From a virus: 62,535 nucleotides of DNA. The notes under the pieces are model-generated. The model saw only the letters and a list, made by a program, of their open reading frames with translations, was not told where the DNA came from and made no database searches. The stretch's first letter is position 1; each line of letters begins with the position of its first letter. Shown here one piece after another: positions 61,312 to 62,535 of the stretch. Made by a program: the position numbers and the translations under genes. The DNA is taken from IMG/VR virus record IMGVR_UViG_3300009508_000004. One strand, 5' to 3'.

Positions 61312-62535
61312 TTAGTTCAGTTTCTTTTTTAGCTCGTTTACTTCTTGTGATAATTCTTGCATAGCCTTAAGCAAAATTACGCTCAGGCGCTGGTATTGGA
61401 TACCCTGAGGCTGTCCTTCCTCGTTGTATGTTACAACCTCTGGGAACAGCTCTGCTACATCTTCTGCAATCAAACCAATTTCTCGGTCATCTACCCCAAT
61501 CTTATTGTAGGAGACAGCCTCTAATTGGTTTACTTTGTCTAATGCTGGGTCTAGCGAAGTGATGTTCTCCTTGAAGCGGATAGAAGAAGATTCAGTGAAT
61601 GTTCCTTCTACTGTTACACTACCTATAAAGGTTACCGTTTCTGCTTGTACGTTTTTTGGTTCAGCATTATCCAATACCCAGTATCCGTAACCAGCGTGGT
61701 TACCCCAACCGTATGCTGTGTTCCAGTTAGAAATATTAGTGGAACTAAAATCTCTACTATCCCAAATTTGATGTTTAATATTACCAAGTGACCATCCACC
61801 TGTATATAGCCTATTAGTATCATTTTCTAATCCCAAGAAAACAGCATAGTCATTACTAATATGAAATGCCATAAATGCATCAGTTCCTTCGTCAGCATAA
61901 ATTTGCAGAGAGTGATTGCTAGATGTATCAGTACCAATATCCCCTGTAGATTTAAACTTTGTAGCCTCAGGCCAAGAGCCAGGGTTTTGTGTATCACCCC
62001 TTGCTATAAATCCGTATGTGTTATTCCAATTAGTGTTACCATCTGTAATATACCCGGCGCCATTTGTTAGCTGGTTGTTGTTCGTAGGTATACTGCTAGA
62101 TACGGTATCTATAGCCGGTAATATTTCTTCTTCAATACGAGTGTTTACTACTGCAGCAGCACCGGCTGCGTCTGCATAGGCGCTAATATTACCAGAAGAT
62201 AAAAGAAGACCTTCTTGTGCTCTGTCTACCCAAGGATTTACATATAATTGACCGTCATATTCATACAATGCTGTAGCAGAATAACCACCTCTATGAAATC
62301 CAATTGCAGGTGTATTGTTGTCAGTTGTTTCAATTTCAATAGCACCCTGTGTATAACCAGGCTGTGCAGAATCTATTATGCCAGAATTATATAAAAAAGT
62401 ATAGTGACCATTAAGAGTATCTGTTGCGTCACTTCTTACAAAAGAACTACTATCTAAACCATCAAGTAATTCAGAATCTGCTGCTTTAGCAGTAGCATCT
62501 AACTTGGCATCTATAGCGGGTAATACTTCTTCTTC
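61312..62535 (-). CDS. C-terminal 407 codons of the wrapped tail fibre gene (continues from 1854..1); S74 intramolecular chaperone domain
   Basis: The frame is open upstream of the track start (a TTG at 62268) up to 62535. C-terminus SSSIRFKENITSLDPALDKVNQLEAVSYNKIG...GLIAEDV..FPEVV plus a coiled coil. Confidence 0.8.
   Translation of the reverse strand, partial: EEEVLPAIDAKLDATAKAADSELLDGLDSSSFVRSDATDTLNGHYTFLYNSGIIDSAQPGYTQGAIEIETTDNNTPAIGFHRGGYSATALYEYDGQLYVNPWVDRAQEGLLLSSGNISAYADAAGAAAVVNTRIEEEILPAIDTVSSSIPTNNNQLTNGAGYITDGNTNWNNTYGFIARGDTQNPGSWPEATKFKSTGDIGTDTSSNHSLQIYADEGTDAFMAFHISNDYAVFLGLENDTNRLYTGGWSLGNIKHQIWDSRDFSSTNISNWNTAYGWGNHAGYGYWVLDNAEPKNVQAETVTFIGSVTVEGTFTESSSIRFKENITSLDPALDKVNQLEAVSYNKIGVDDREIGLIAEDVAELFPEVVTYNEEGQPQGIQYQRLSVILLKAMQELSQEVNELKKKLN

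Noticed and set aside
62413-62535. The terminal 123-bp repeat as a physical direct terminal repeat of the virion DNA
   Set aside because: It lies in the middle of an uninterrupted fibre reading frame, so it is most simply an assembly circularisation overlap.

Overview
The window is a complete, circularly closed genome of a tailed dsDNA phage. Positions 1..123 are identical to 62413..62535, so the unit length is 62,412 bp, and the junction falls inside a tail-fibre gene. The genome has two arms. They diverge from a non-coding hub at about 4.68-5.11 kb and converge on a bidirectional terminator at about 22.27-22.30 kb.

Plus arm, 5.1-22.3 kb:
- About 25 very small early genes lie at 5.1-13.1 kb. 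They are punctuated by 14 copies of a conserved ~44-bp promoter-like cassette.
- A regulation, replication and recombination module lies at 13.1-22.3 kb. It encodes a DnaA-domain-IV-like protein, a KTSC protein, an HTH protein, a sigma-70 family factor, Erf, a PD-(D/E)XK exonuclease, an SSB with a DDLPF tail, a T7 gp4-like primase-helicase, ThyA, a GIY-YIG/MazG fusion and a T7 endonuclease-I-like resolvase.
- No DNA polymerase or RNA polymerase is recognisable anywhere in the window.

Minus arm, 4.68 kb down to 1, wrapping to 62.5 kb and down to 22.3 kb (late genes):
- Basic SPLK-motif proteins, three fibre-like proteins (two with S74 intramolecular-chaperone C-termini) and a LamG protein.
- A GroEL/GroES pair and a second cluster of basic SPLK-motif proteins with a small HExxH protein.
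- TerS(?), TerL, portal, scaffold and major capsid protein, then a T7-like order of adaptor/nozzle/internal-core candidates.
- A 2810-aa polyvalent giant protein carrying HExxH and zeta-toxin-like kinase modules.
- A lysis cassette and three more small basic proteins.

The AT-rich, A-rich leaders without Shine-Dalgarno sequences and the GNVGIGT-type fibre repeats suggest a Bacteroidetes (Flavobacteriia-like) host. This is inference only.

The most interesting items are:
- the 14-copy early promoter cassette, which has no obvious cognate polymerase or sigma factor;
- a family of at least 9 late basic proteins sharing an N-terminal SP(L/F/A)K box, next to a small HExxH protein;
- the polyvalent giant protein, including a weak sigma-region-2-like stretch;
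- the phage-encoded GroEL plus GroES.

All functional calls come from motif recognition by eye and from synteny. No database search was run.
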